NCBI GenBank assembly: GCA_964035545.1
Contig: OZ037766.1
Span: 16,172,722-16,236,721 of the forward strand
Source of the DNA: Bugula neritina
Lineage: Eukaryota > Animalia > Bryozoa
Reading direction: 5' to 3'
Length of the DNA: 64,000 nucleotides
The notes beneath the pieces were generated by a model. That model worked only from the letters and a program-made list of their open reading frames with translations, did no database searches and had not been told where the DNA came from. This document shows positions 1 to 48,400 of this stretch, in pieces. Position numbers and translations under genes: made by a program. Numbering within the stretch: the first letter of the stretch is position 1; each line of letters opens with the position of its first letter.

Positions 1-84
1 GAGAACACATGAGTCATATGAAGACACACAGACAGACACACAGATAGACAGACAGACAAACACACAGACAGGGCTATGTATTAC

Positions 85-34410
<34,326 letters not shown>

Positions 34411-37400
34411 ATCGGCATACGAACCCACTTGCAGCAAAACTAAATATACTTGCGTAGTAATATCCGTAAAGTGTGTCCCTTTGATCAATTATACAACTGA
34501 GAATGGTACTGAGTGTAGCTCTGGAACATGCATAGTATATTCTATAGTTCTAGAACAAACACACTTTCACTAGTGACAAAGTAGTGTAACTCCAATTAGC
34601 AGCTGAACTATAAGCCTACTGCCTCTCTACAGCACTGACTACCTTCTGATGATCTAATCACTACGTTGACCCTACTCAGTAGGCCATGATGCATACATTA
34701 ATATCATATTTCATAATACAGCAACCAGTGGTTAGCTACAGCCTTGCAGTTATTAGATCAAATACTAATCCATTATCAGCTCCAATATCAAATAACTCCA
34801 CTAAATATAGAGGGAATCTGAATATCAATATTCAGTCTCTATGGAAACATGAAATTACTCAAGGGTGCAAGTATAGCCTGACACACAGACAGACAAACAC
34901 ACAGACAAATATGCCGGTTCACAATTCCGATACATCTAGACCTGGCTAAGGGTTCAACTCAATACTACTAGATAATAACAATTACAATATGTAAAACTTA
35001 TAATAGTACATTCTTTAAGTCCAGTGTTAATCATAATTTCCATCAATTTCATGCTTAAACTGTGAGTTTATACTTGTAAGATATATATTTGTAACTTGTA
35101 AAATATAAGTTTATTAAGATAGAAACATGGTCTCAATTCTTTACACATGTTTTTGGCAATATTAAACATAGAGGTCAGAGAACTTACAAGCTGTTATGGT
35201 TCAATATAGGACTTGGTCTTTGAGAACAACATTGACCCTGCTCTTCCCTCTCTCCCCTTCCCCCAGTTCAAAGCTTAGTATACAATAATCATGTCTATAG
35301 CTGCTATGAGCATGCACCACCATGTTATCATGCAATTACACTTGCTTCAAGACACAGAATATCTACTTACTCATGTTGACTCAATTGCTGACTCAATTGC
35401 TGACTCATAATGTATGGCTGACAGCTTGGTCATAGGTCATCGCTTCTTATGATATCCTTTATTCAGTAGAACACAATTAGAAAACAATCAAGTGTTATTC
35501 TAAAATAAATGTATAACGGTTGCTATAGCGATAGCCAGAGTCAAAGAGCCATGTGAGAAAATGCTATTGACAACACATGTAATGAATGACCAATTGTTGT
35601 TGAGGGTTTGTTTCTAGACAAAAACTCCTTTTCAAAATTTGTTAACTAATTACTTGTGATTAATTAGATTACTGATGGCTCATCCAAAAAGAAGGAATGT
35701 CATTATTGACACTGTACTATACAAATTTATTCAAATCTGATTAGGTAAAAGGAGTAATAATTATTGATGAATCATGCAACAGATATTACACATTTAGCTT
35801 CCTGCCTGTGATTACTGCTGCTAGTCATAGCTGTGCTCTCCATTACATGTGTTAACTAACTAAGAAACATTAGATTTAATCTTTAATGTCAAACATCACA
35901 ATAAGCTATTTAGCTTAAAGAAACCTTGTTAAAGTTTACTTCAAATTAATAGCTTAAGTACCTCAAAAAAGTAAAGTATTGAATTGCATGTATGTTATAT
36001 AGATATATTTTAGTTAACAGATTAAATGTTACACTATTACCTTAAGAAACACAAATTTCAAATGCATTTTTTTACATAAAAAGTATCTCTATTGTCATTA
36101 AAACTGTTTATATATTTTTAATATTGGCACCCATATAAAAATAATACAAAATTAAACTAGCGTTATTACATATTAGTGCAATACTAATTAATCGTAGCAT
36201 CAACAGTAATAACTTCAATCTATATGTAAATCATGATTTAATTTTATCGTTCAAGTTTATTTAAATATTTTACTTGAATCTTGCATTTATAGAATCAGTT
36301 TTACTTTCACTTATGAAACTACATAAACATTATTTAGCCATTGTATTTTAAAATATAATAGTGTTTTATTTTAATATTTTAGATGTAAAAATACTTAGTA
36401 AGTGTAAGCTTAACTAGTATAAAAAATAATAATTTGATACTACGACATCAGCTATAGAGTAAATTGTGTAACCTTTTGCAAAAATAATAAATTTTAGCAT
36501 CAACTTGAACTTCAAAGCAATACGAAATTGAATACCATATTGATATAGTTATACTATTACTATAAGCATAGAACACTACTGTATCAAGACTATAACTATA
36601 AGTATAATAATTATAATATTAATATTATTAGTATAAATAAGAAGCATTATAATTACTATTGTCTATTAGTATTACCATTAGTGATAATGATAATGATAAT
36701 CAATATCAACAACAAAATAAATATAATTAACTTATTGTCATTACATTAGGATTATAATTATTATGAGTTTCAGTTTATCAGTATACATTTTAACACCAGT
36801 ATGAGTATCAGTATGAATATGAACATCAAAATGAGACTGGTCAAACAAATATGAATATCAATATGAGAGTTGATACTGATAATGATAGTCATGATTATTA
36901 ATCGAAAATCAAAATGATGATGATAAGGAAAGATGCTTAAAAATAAAGTGAATCTGTTACAAATAAAATTAAAATACAATAATAATGATGAGCATGATGA
37001 CCATGATGATGATCACGATGATAATCACTAATTAACTATCAGTATCAACTACCATAATCTAAATCATGATAATAATTATAAAATTAAATTTCTTATACTA
37101 TTTTAACAACTAATATGAATATCAATACGGAATATGAGTATGATATACTTATAGTCTTATACCGTATACGTATACTCATACCGTATAGTATCGGCACTCT
37201 GTTAGCAGCAATATTGATAATATAATTATGTTTATATTAACAAATTTTACATTTAGCAGATGATAATAATAATAATATTGTTATTGCAATGTTGTTGTTT
37301 ATCGGTTTTATAAGCGTATATGAAACATAAGAAAAGTAAGCTCCTAGACGTCAAAATATTTTCTTCGATTTAATGGCGTTGCTACAATTTCAAAATATTA

Positions 37401-38023
37401 TTGAGAGCATAACTCTTTATAATTTTTCCCTGCAATATAGCATAATATTTTAATGCAATCATATTTCGAATATTTTAGTCTGTGTTTTTCTTTGATAAGT
37501 TCAAATTCAATAGTTAAACAAATAAGCAACTAGTCTTGACTGCATAACAATGTTAAACATGTACGAGCTGCTTTGTTTATACAAAAATTGGTTATTAAAA
37601 AAGCTTAAGCAATTTTGGAAGTTCACAAACTTCATTTCTAAACAGTTCATTTATTCTTTTATTTGTCTTAATACGACTATAATGCTTTTCAACTGGTTTT
37701 TAAATAGTTTTTAAACTTGATTTAGTGTTAGAATTTAATGTGTTTTTAAAAGATTCAAATTTATATTATATCTTTTTATATGCAGACTCAAAAGTAACAA
37801 TTTGCACTCTTTTTTAAATACATGCTGAAACAAGTCACGCAGTTGCATACCAGAATTGATTCAATACTTTTAAATTATTATAATACAGAAAGCCACAAGA
37901 TATAGTAACTTAAGTGATCGTTTTAAATTTGTTTTATGCAGCTATGACATGGATGATGGAGTTATTTTTTACACTGTGTCTACTATTGGCCTAAATGACA
38001 TAAATTTTTTGATTGTACTAGAC

Positions 38024-38340
38024 CAGGGCTATCCAACAGGCGGCCCCAGGGCCGGATGTGACCCCCAGCCTACATTTATGCTCTCAAAGGCATAACAGAA
38101 AAAATTATTTTGCACATGTATATGAATTAAAGTGGGAAAACCACCTTTTAAATGTCTTATTTTTATATATGCTGAAAACATGCAGTTGCAGAAATTATTG
38201 GAGCTTCATTGCGTAATGATTCATAGAAATTTGGAATAAAGTAGTTTGAAAAAACTGATGCTATGGCTCCCAGCCCAAGCTAAATTTTACAATGTGACCC
38301 TCGCCATGAAATTTTTCATTTCAGTGGCCCTCACTCCAAC
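38024..38340 (+). mobile_element. 5' part of a hAT/Charlie-like MITE
   Basis: CTAGAC|CAGGGCTATCCAACAGGCGGCCCCAGGGCCGGATGTGACCC resembles the Charlie-type MITE left end. Subterminal G(A/G)CCC motifs sit near 38295-38330; the right terminus was not found. Confidence 0.55.
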
Positions 38341-39060
38341 ATTACATCATGTTTATTAATTTCACCTAGTGTTATATCCTTTAAGTTCCCATGATTTAAA
38401 CTATATTACTATGTATGTCAAGAAATCTAAGTAATGGTGTCTTTCAAAGATAGCTTTAATAGTAATATTTTATGAACCAAGAATAAACTGATTGTTGAAA
38501 TATCCTGTGTGTTTCATTTGAATTGTCATTTTTACCCGCGTTTTATGCAACAAAACTATATTTTTACAACAATGTTTTCATCGAAAGTTCTTAGTGTGTC
38601 TTTCTGCTGTTTAAACAAATTATTCCTATTATATTCCATAATAGTTTTATTTTGTAATTTGAGTCCTATAAACTTCTTCCCACTAGTTCACTGCTACATA
38701 TTATTTTTATAGTATAGGTAGTCTATTGTACAAGTTTTGCTACACCATTACCACCACTGCAACCATTACTGTCGTTATAGCAAAATTCAGTCAACTTTCA
38801 AAACAATAATTTTTCTCTCCAACAGCTGAAAGCTATTCTCATACTGCATGCTTAAGTCATATATATTGGTATTAGTTCTTTCTTACAGTTTGAAGCAGCT
38901 TTTTATTTTTACTTTTTAGTTATTTTTATTTTTGGAAGAACTCTTGTTGGCCATGACTATTGCTTTATTGTACATGTTGGAATTGGTTGAATGTCGAAAT
39001 GCCAACCATATATAAAACTCACTCACGCAAGTTTAAAAAAAACTACACAAGTTTATAGTC

Positions 39061-39230
39061 ACAATCCCTGTGAGAAAACCCCCGATGGAAAGAGTTTTTG
39101 TTAAATCAAGCTAAGGACTTATTCAGATGAGGCACAGGAGCAATTATGATTGGATGCTCTTCCTAACATCACCAATGGCCTTTGTCTGTTCACTAGGCAA
39201 ACGCTCTAACTCCTAGACCACAGCTGCTCC
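39061..39230 (-). mobile_element. SINE-like dispersed repeat (copy 1)
   Basis: Homologous to 61875-62062 (shared TCCCTGT..GTTTTTGTTAAA..CAGGAGCAATT.TGA.TG.ATGCTCTTCCTAA..T.ACCAAT). Confidence 0.6.
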
Positions 39231-41177
39231 TTATGTCAACCATATATGAATTGCAGTTATTTTAAAGCATTTATTTATAAGCTGTTGTGCTGTGATTTCT
39301 TGCATGAGCAATTGTTTATGTTTTAGTGCTGAGCACAACATTTTTGTTAATTATGTTGCATTCACTAGTTGGCAATAGTTGTAGATTCAAAGATTCCTTC
39401 TATGCAGTTTGATCTAGATCAATTTCTCCTGATATCCTAGTGATTTTAATTGTTCAGATTTTTACCTAAATGTGTTTTGTGTGTGTTGTTTGTCGTGTGG
39501 AACATTTTCAACATGTTCCAAATTTTACGGTTTTAGGAAGTGTTCTGTTTATGTATATAGTAAGCATAATATTTTGAGTTTACATACTTATCGTATATAT
39601 TAGGTATATGTGCAAATAATTTTTTAATGATCTGTAGCTGAAAAATCTGTGATCCACAAATTGAAAAAAGTGGGAACTTCACTATTCAAGATGGCAGCTC
39701 ACACCAAATTACATTGTTATCATGGTTTATTATCACTTTCTATTTTAAGTTTTATATTTCGATATTATCATACTTATTTTTGGTTTGTTACTCTTGCAAG
39801 TGATTCAAATGCAAATAGTAGATGAATCAGGTGATTCTGATCTAGATCTGCCATTTGCTCATAAATGATATACATTATAGAAACTAATTGTATATAAGTT
39901 ACGGATGCCGTAAAAATTCTTGCATAATATTATGACTGAAAAAGGGAGAAAGATTTTAAAATATGGTGCACAAATAATATTCATTTACAGCAGCTTATAA
40001 TATAAGTTCTACCACTCTCCAATTTGTAGCAGGTTTTACGTTATGTTTCTTGGTAAGGAGCATGGGAGTGGTATACTAACTAACTTGCTCAATGATTTAG
40101 TTATATCTCTCTATTATTACAAGCCAACTGGCGTAGGAATATCTGTAAAGTATAAAACAGACTATATGGTTCAAAAGGTTAAACTCTTTAAAAAAACGTC
40201 TATGTCACCATCCAACTACTTCAAACTGCATATTTTACTTATGACAGCTTACCATGCTTACTTCTGGTTCTGGTAAGACTCATTCTCCAATATTGTATTT
40301 TAGGATAACCTTATAGGGTGCAATAAGTCACCTCACTTAATGCTTTAAACAGCCATTACCTCTCAGGCTGTATTTTAAACTCCAAGCCATTTAGTTGCTG
40401 TTCTCTGTATACATAAAATTATTATTTAGAAACCTTGTGACCTTTAGCCTACTAATTTTTATCAGAAAAGGTGGTGACCCTACATTGACAAGTTATCTGA
40501 TTTTCTATACAGCAGGAAATTTTATAATATTCACTCAAAACTGTCAGTACAACCCTGTGATTTGTTATTTTTTATTACAGAGGCTTACAAAGTTTCTCTG
40601 AGAATAGTTGAGCTTTGATGGTCAGTGTAAAAGTACAGATTTATGACGTAATATATAATATATATTGTATGTGTATATATTGTAATCCAGATAAGTATAT
40701 GTTATTTTATATTTATCTCACATAGTTAATAATAATATAGTAATTTCATGAAACTTCTTGGAAAGCACTTTTATCAATGCAACAACAAATTTTGTCTATC
40801 TGTAGGAATTTTATCTGTGCACCCTCTGTTAAAATATCTCTTATATTAAAGATCAATTAATGCTATATCATTTGAAACGAAGAGTGCGCAAATCTCATTT
40901 CTTCATATTTTGCAGCTGCAATTCTGCTTCAATATCGACTCAGCTATATCATACTCTCCATTCTCTTTATCTGTTGCATGGGTTAGTGTAGCCTTTCATT
41001 TTTCCTCGTGTAAGTTATAAGCTAATTCAAGTCCCAGAATCCGTTATTTCCCATACTGGCTCAGCACTAGTTAACACATGTCCTTATACAGCAAGATAAC
41101 ATGCCCAGGGCAGCTGTTGCAATAACATAAAATGTGGTTGTATAAACCATTTAAACAAAGAGCACACAGCTGAAAAG

Positions 41178-43931
41178 ATGTTAAACTATAGTTTTCTGAT
41201 TCTCTCCGCTGTTGTCTTCATATTCAACTCAGATTAGTCCATACTCATCTTACTTTTATAACTAATATTATGATATCTTTTATTTGTAATAATCTGATAT
41301 GATATGTATGTCTATTAGTTTCATGTTATCAGTTGATCAGGTAGGTGAAGGCTTGCAGCTTGTTTGTTTTACCCATAGCTCTATCATACACTTGGGGCTA
41401 AGCCGCTAAGGAAGAGTATTAGTATGGCAAGCAAAGTACAAACACAACAAAGCAAATTTTATATTCGCTGGATATGTTAGAAAAATCTTCCAGTTGCAGC
41501 AAATGCTTTTCCATATTTTAATGTAGTAAAACCAACACAAGTCTTACCTACATCATGATCATGATGCATTAAAGTCAAGAAACAACTACTTAATTAAACA
41601 TTATGTGGTATTTTTACAACTTGCTGACGAAACTCAACCATGTTATTTGGTATCGCTTTAAATTGCCAATACTAAAGGCAAAGCTGCATGTACACAGGCC
41701 AATTTTGCAACAAAATCGGCCGAAAAACTGTCGGCCGATTTTGTTAAGTCATAAAATTTATCGGTTTATTTTGCTTTTGGTCGATTTTTTGCTCGGTTTT
41801 CACAATTGAGCATGATCAATTTCTTGCCAATGTTCGGTTGAACCAGTTTATCAAAAGGCGGCAGAAATCATGACAGCGAGCGCGATTAACAACATTTCAC
41901 TTGTGAAAAATAACGTATATAAAAAATTCCGAGGTATGTTTGCTATGCCAACGCACATACAACTGATCTTGACCTCTGCGCATAAACCTAAGAAAGTTAT
42001 ACAGACTGAGAGCCATCCGCCAATAAAACGCAAGCAGAAAAAAAGCGTGGGACATAAAAATTGTTAAGATTTTTTGGCCAATTGCAAAATCGGCACTAGA
42101 GAAATCGGTTAGTATAAAATGGGCTGAAATAATCGGTCTGCGTACATGCAGCTTAAGATATTTATTTCCGTACATTTAAAGAAAATTATAATTTGAAACA
42201 CTTCGATTTATTGATATTATATGAAGTGAAAAGTTGTCAAAACACATGCATTATATAAGCAGAGACACTTTTATTACATTAATTGAATTGTTACTACCTG
42301 TAAGCAAAGAGCTACAGCTAAGATTGCTGCCAAAATTAGCATAAAGCTGCCCCACGACGGAGCCCTTGATGATTTGAGTACTGAACTTCTTTGACTGTAG
42401 TTGATAATTATATTGACTCTGCACAAGTTGACTAGCTAAGATGATGGACTAGAGTCTAGACCAAGGTTGAACAAAAATTCTGATTGACTTACATGCCACA
42501 AATCTTAAAGTTGTCTTTTTGTATATAATTCCTAGCAATATTAAATTTCAATCTTATACGTATAGGCTGGCATAAGCCAACTATATGTAAACATATACTA
42601 TTATTATACTGCTGAGTATAATACATTTATACCTAGTAGTGTAATAAAGAAAATTGATAAATAACCAATAATAATATAATTACAGCTGATAACATGCAGT
42701 TGTGACACAAAGCCAACTGCTGTTTTTATTCAGGTGAAGGTTGTTTCATCAGCGGATTTGATTGTGGTGATGGTCAATGTATACCCAGTAGTTGGCAATG
42801 TGACAGAGAAGCTGACTGTAATAATGGAGCTGATGAAAGACTATGTAAGTCACTTACACTTCGCTTGTTTATAAGATTGGATAAACCAAGTCTATATTTT
42901 GCAACAAAAGGTGGTATAGTCTGGGCAGAAAGTCTATACTCTTTAAGTCACCCATTCAGCTTATTATAAATTTTGTCACTTAAATAATATTGCATTTTTA
43001 CTTTAAGTTGACCTATCACATAAAGTTTCGTCTTATTAGAGAAAATTGAATACTCACAACTGACGGCTCTGTCTTTTTCATCACTGAATTTTTGTCAGCG
43101 TGCCATTATCTCAAGTAAAATAAATGTTGTTTACACCACAATATATACAGCATAACTATGGTTGAATGTCAGCTTCTTACAGTTGTTAACAAACTTATTA
43201 TAATGTAGGTGCCGATATATGCCATTATAACCAAGTTAGATGTAATTCAACAAACGAGTGCATCTATGCCAGTTGGCTATGCGATGGTGAGAAGGATTGC
43301 TCAGATGGTGAAGATGAGTTAAACTGTTTAGCTGCCAGAGTCTGTCCTTTTGGAGGATTCTCTTGCTCCTTGTCAAAAGTTGAGTGTATACCACAAAGTT
43401 GGAGATGTGATGGAGAGTTAGATTGCAGCTCTGGTAATGATGAAGTCAACTGTAATGTTATTACAGCTCTCAATCAATGTACCAGTCAGGAATTTCAGGT
43501 AAATTAAATTTTTATCTGAAACAGTTTACTTATATTAAATTTAAGATGTTTGAAGCAAATGCTACTATGAAAAAATGTAAACATAAAAGTCCAGTTAGGT
43601 CATAGGTGCAATATTATCTCTATTACTGCACCTACCTCTAAAAATTACCATGATGTATTAATTGTAATAAATTTTATTAAACGTAAAAATTAAGCTATAG
43701 AGCAAAGAGATCATTTAATGCTATCAGGCTTCAGTTGTTCACAGATTTTTGTCCCTTATGATTGAAACCGTCTGAAGCAACTTTTTCAGATCAAATCACA
43801 TAATAACCTATTCTTATGTGGACTTGTGTATTCTCTAGTGTGACCCCAGAGATTGTATCATTAACACCTGGAGATGTGATGGAGAAAGAGATTGCTCTGA
43901 TGGCACTGATGAAGTCAACTGTATACCTTGA
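41178..43931 (+). pseudogene. Truncated paralog of the downstream LDLa gene (signal peptide + 4 LDLa); probably a pseudogene
   Basis: Exon 41178-41232 (MLNYSFLILSAVVFIFNS) has donor ATTAGT instead of GTTAGT. LDLa exons are 42734-42844, 43209-43498 and 43839-43931, ending ..DEVNCIP-TGA. AATAAA at 44044. The exons are closely paralogous to 45420, 54225 and 55997. Confidence 0.75.
41682..42153. mobile_element. PIF/Harbinger-like MITE
   Basis: TIRs AGCTGCATGTACACAGGCCAATT / revcomp AGCTGCATGTACGCAGACCGATT; flanks CAA and TAA (3-bp TSD with one mismatch); repeated ATCGG subterminal motifs. Confidence 0.75.
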
Positions 43932-45419
43932 CTGTAATTTGAATTGCTTGACTGTGCTGTAGACAGCCACAGCCACTACCACCAGTTTTATGTGTTCTAA
44001 ATTCAATGATATCCAGGTGCTATCAACTACTACCCATGAAAGTAATAAATTATATAGAAACTTTATAACTTCTACTAATTTTTGAATCCATGTTTTATCA
44101 GAAAAGGTCATGACCTTGCATTGAGAAGTTATTTTGATTTCATACACACAGGAAATTTTATCATGCTAACTTAAAATTGTTAGTGCAACCCTGTGATTGG
44201 TTATTCTTTATAACAGAGGCTTACAAAGTTTCTCTGAGAATAGTTGAGCTTTGATGGTCAGTGAAAAAGTACAGATTGACAATATAATATTGCATGGCTT
44301 TTATGTTTATTTTGTTAACTAGGCGAATACTCTCAACTTATGGATAACATAATAGTATGCATATTCTAGAAAAACAAGTGTTTATCTACTGTAATGCACA
44401 TCTACAAAGCATTTAGTATAGTACATATCTTTTAGCAATGGTTATTTAACACTATAGCATACTTATGAAATGTATAGAGCTTGTAAAACTCTTTTCTTAA
44501 AACTTTTCATGAATTCAACACTTGGAGCAATTTTGCACCGTCTTCTACTTCACCGCTGCACTCACCTATATCAGACTCTTAATTCTCTTTTCTCTGTTGT
44601 ATAGACTAGGGGAGATTTTTTCTTTTCTCTGTTGTATAGACTAGGGGAAATTCTTTCTTCCTCTGCCTTCTTTTCCTCGTGTAAGTTCTAAGCCGGTTCA
44701 CGCCTCAAAATCAATCTGATCAATTTGAAATTAGATCTAAACCCAAACTCCAAACCACAAATTGAAAGCAAAAATGGAATTGTTTTATATCTCTGTTCCT
44801 AAAATGGTAATTTTTTAACGTTTGAGTTGCAAAATTTAGGACAATATAAATGTATACTTCCTTGTTTATATTGAAAATTAATTGCATTCATGCATGGGAT
44901 TTCTCTTATATCTTGTTGGATATATCATTTACATCATGTATATTATGTAACTAATATTGTTATTGAAGCTAACATTTATACTAATGAGGCCAGTATTTGA
45001 TATGGATTAAACAGTTTAATGTTGGTTAGATTTAGTATCATACTTTTCTGATGTATGTTCTGCAAATAGTGTTTTAATTACCAGTACTATGCCACTGTGA
45101 CCTTAAAATATGCCCATTTTCTTCTGGTTTCAAGTGAACACATTTAATAAGTCATAAGTTATAGCGGAAACCAAACTGTCACAAATACCATCAATACAGA
45201 GTAAAAACTTAGTGATGAAAATATCCAAAGGCCAAAATGCCTACAGCTAAACTACCCCCTAAGTTTGGCACCAATCTTTGGTATTCCCAACACTGGCTCA
45301 GCACTAGTTGGCACATGACCTTATGTAGCAAGATAACATGACATTGCCCAATGCCTGTGGCAATGATATAAAATGTGCTTCATATAAACCATTTCAACAG
45401 AGAGCACACAGCCTACAAG

Positions 45420-48400
45420 ATGTTAAACTATAGTTTTCTGATTCTCTCTGTTGTTGTCTTTATGTTCGATTCAGGTTAGTCCACACTCATCTTACTTTTA
45501 TAACTAATATTAGGATATATTTTATTTATAATCTGATAGAATATGCCTGACAATTATTTTTAGGTCATCAGTTAATCAGGTAAATAAAGGCTTATAACTT
45601 GTTTGCTTTACCCTTAGCCTTAGTTTTATCATACATTTGTAACTATGAAAAAATATAGCAGTTTGGAAAATCATTTAAATTTAATTTAAATCGAAACAGA
45701 AAACAAAAAATTAGAAACCAATTTGTCTAGAAGTATATTAGCTCCTAAGGCTAATGTGCTATTTTCTAATCAAAGTAGAGGGGAGTAGAGAGGTTGTATG
45801 CCAGTAGCCGAAGAAGGCGCGTATGTGTGACATGTTGGATACCATTAGGCAGCCAATTTTGTTGTCTATATGCAGCACAGCTCAGTTTACCAACCCGTCA
45901 AAGTTGTTTCTGTATAGGTAGACCAATTAGATTAATCATTCATAAGATATCATGTTATATGTCAACTTTCTGATCAGGCACTACTAAGCATCTTCATAAA
46001 GTTTTTATGGTTGGTTTAGTATTTTATCTTTAGAAAGAAAATTTATTTTTCAACATACAGCAATTCTCATTGTCATTTTTAAACATGGTTAACTCAGTTT
46101 GCCAGGTTGTTCAATTTATTCAATTTTCCAAATCCCAAGGGAAGTCTACCCAGCAACCTAGCAGAGATTTCAAACTCTTTACAGGAACTGGCTAAATATA
46201 TGGCCGGCAAAAATATCATAAGCAACATATATCTTAGCAGTGAATTTTTTAGAAGAATGCAAACTTCAGTAGGCTAAAACTTATCAGCAAATTTAATACA
46301 TGTCATCAGATGAGCATTTTTCTAAACAATTGGTTTTAGAACGAAAGTGATTTGTGCAAGGAGAAACCGCAAGTCTAACTCTTTAACATAAGTCTTCTAT
46401 AGAGTTATGTCCCACACCCACTCTGACTCATTTTATGCTCACAGGTGTAAAGATATACTTATGAATTCTTCATAATTCCGCTGAAGTAATACTTCAATCT
46501 AAATCACTTCTACTAAAACTTCTAAATTGATAGTTCTTGTCTAAATAAACTCAACAACAGAGTTAATCAACATTTAATTTATTTCAAGTGTGGGCTGTGG
46601 TGGTAATAAAGTGTGCGCTTTGGCTGTCAGGAATGTGCAGTTGCATGTTGATGAGTGTTTCTGATGATTCATTCTTGCAACATCAACCAGTTTCCCTGTG
46701 TCGTTTGGTAAAGTATTGTGGTGAAAACACCCAGCCTCTTGCCTGATGAATGATTTTCAAGCAGCACCACAAAGACAGGTTGGAAGAGATAATACTATTT
46801 TGCTAGTATGGATAAGGAATAAGAATAACATTATTGTGTTGTTGCCAATAGCCCCTGTGGCCTATAGTGTCATGTAGCAAATTCTTCTCTATATTTCAAA
46901 GTAGTAAAAGTAATGCAAACTTGAGTCTTACATGAATTATAATGCGTTAAAATTGCGAAGCAGCCATTTAACAAAAGTTATTTTGTATTTCATACAACAT
47001 GTTGATGTAACTTAACCACATTGTTGGATATAGCAATTTTGGATATAGCAATACAGTAATGTTTAGTACCTGCTAAGAGTTTTTTTATGAAATACCTAGA
47101 AGCACTTTAAAATTTGAAACACTATGTTTTATGTTTAATGAAATAATGATATATATATGAGTTGATAATTTTTCATAACTCATCAATTAATTTTTAGCCT
47201 TTATTGCAACTGTTCAGATAAACTTGTTAAATTTTTAATTTCAAGTAGTTTGATGGAATTTCTTGCCTGAATTACGAGGTGACTTGGTTTAATTGGTTGT
47301 AGCAACTAACATTAAGTCAAGCAAAGTTAAACAAGGAAACAGTAATTGAATCAACTTATGCAACAATTTCAATATACAACACTACAATATTTTTGGTGAT
47401 TCAATTTTACAAAGGGTATTCTTTAGTATCTATTCTTAAAATGGTAAAAGAAGAAAAAAGCAATAGTTTTGCAACAAGGAAAAAACAACGGATGTCTTCC
47501 AAAACTGGGATTTAGCAACAATGATTATAATATGTTGCATTGAATGTGCATGTTGTGCATTATTCTTAAAACTAACCGTAGTACATTTTTCTGAGGTGTT
47601 GACTGTATTGCAACACTTCAAATATTGCTAGATATTGTTGATAGTGCAGGTTTTATAGTGGATATAGATTCTAACTGATGTAATTTATTAAAATAACACA
47701 GTGAAGTCTTCTGCCTCTAGATTCCTGCATTGATATAGGCCTAATATATAAGTTGCTGCTAGCTATAAGTGATAAATATACTATAATTGACAAGTGTGTG
47801 GAGTAAAACCTCCTTTCCACATAGTTTCAGCAGTTATTATGACTGGACACACTAACCCTTATTCACACATTTTGCACTGACAAGCAAAAACAGCCCATGC
47901 CCATGACCACAGACAATGTAGCAGCTAAGTCAAAAGGACAAAGGCAGTCCACCAACAATTCTGGGGCAAATTGATGACTGTGGTTCAGATCATGACCAAA
48001 AATATGTTGCAATATTAGTTTTGTTTTTATTCACTGTTTATGAGAATTGAAATTGGGATTCATTAGGCACAGCACGTTACAGACTACAACAACTAATCAC
48101 CAATTACTCTTACAAGATGAAAATACTATTATGGCTCTAATTATAACCTTTTTCATACAATGTATCAGAATAAGGGTTGAAATTTAAACAAGAAGTTTAC
48201 TGCTTTTGGCTATTAAATCGGTGTCATAAAAAAATGATCAACAGTAAACAGAGACCCTCACTTAATTTTTATTACTAAAGCTTGAAAAAATAGTTTCTAG
48301 AGCTGAAAATTTTAAAATTGGTATTATGGGCAGTTTTAGTTATAGTCAATGTTTTGCATGTTATACAGGTACAGAATCTGCTACTACTTCTACTGCTACT

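Noticed and set aside
36500-37300. AT-rich stretch with decayed hexamer periodicity (AGTATC/AATATG/GATAAT)
   Set aside because: Looks like degenerate simple sequence; no termini, TSD or coding signal could be defined.
43929-43931. Selenocysteine or readthrough at TGA 43929 and TGA 63839
   Set aside because: 43929 is followed by an in-frame TAA two codons later. At 63839 the homology continues in a different frame. No SECIS could be supported.
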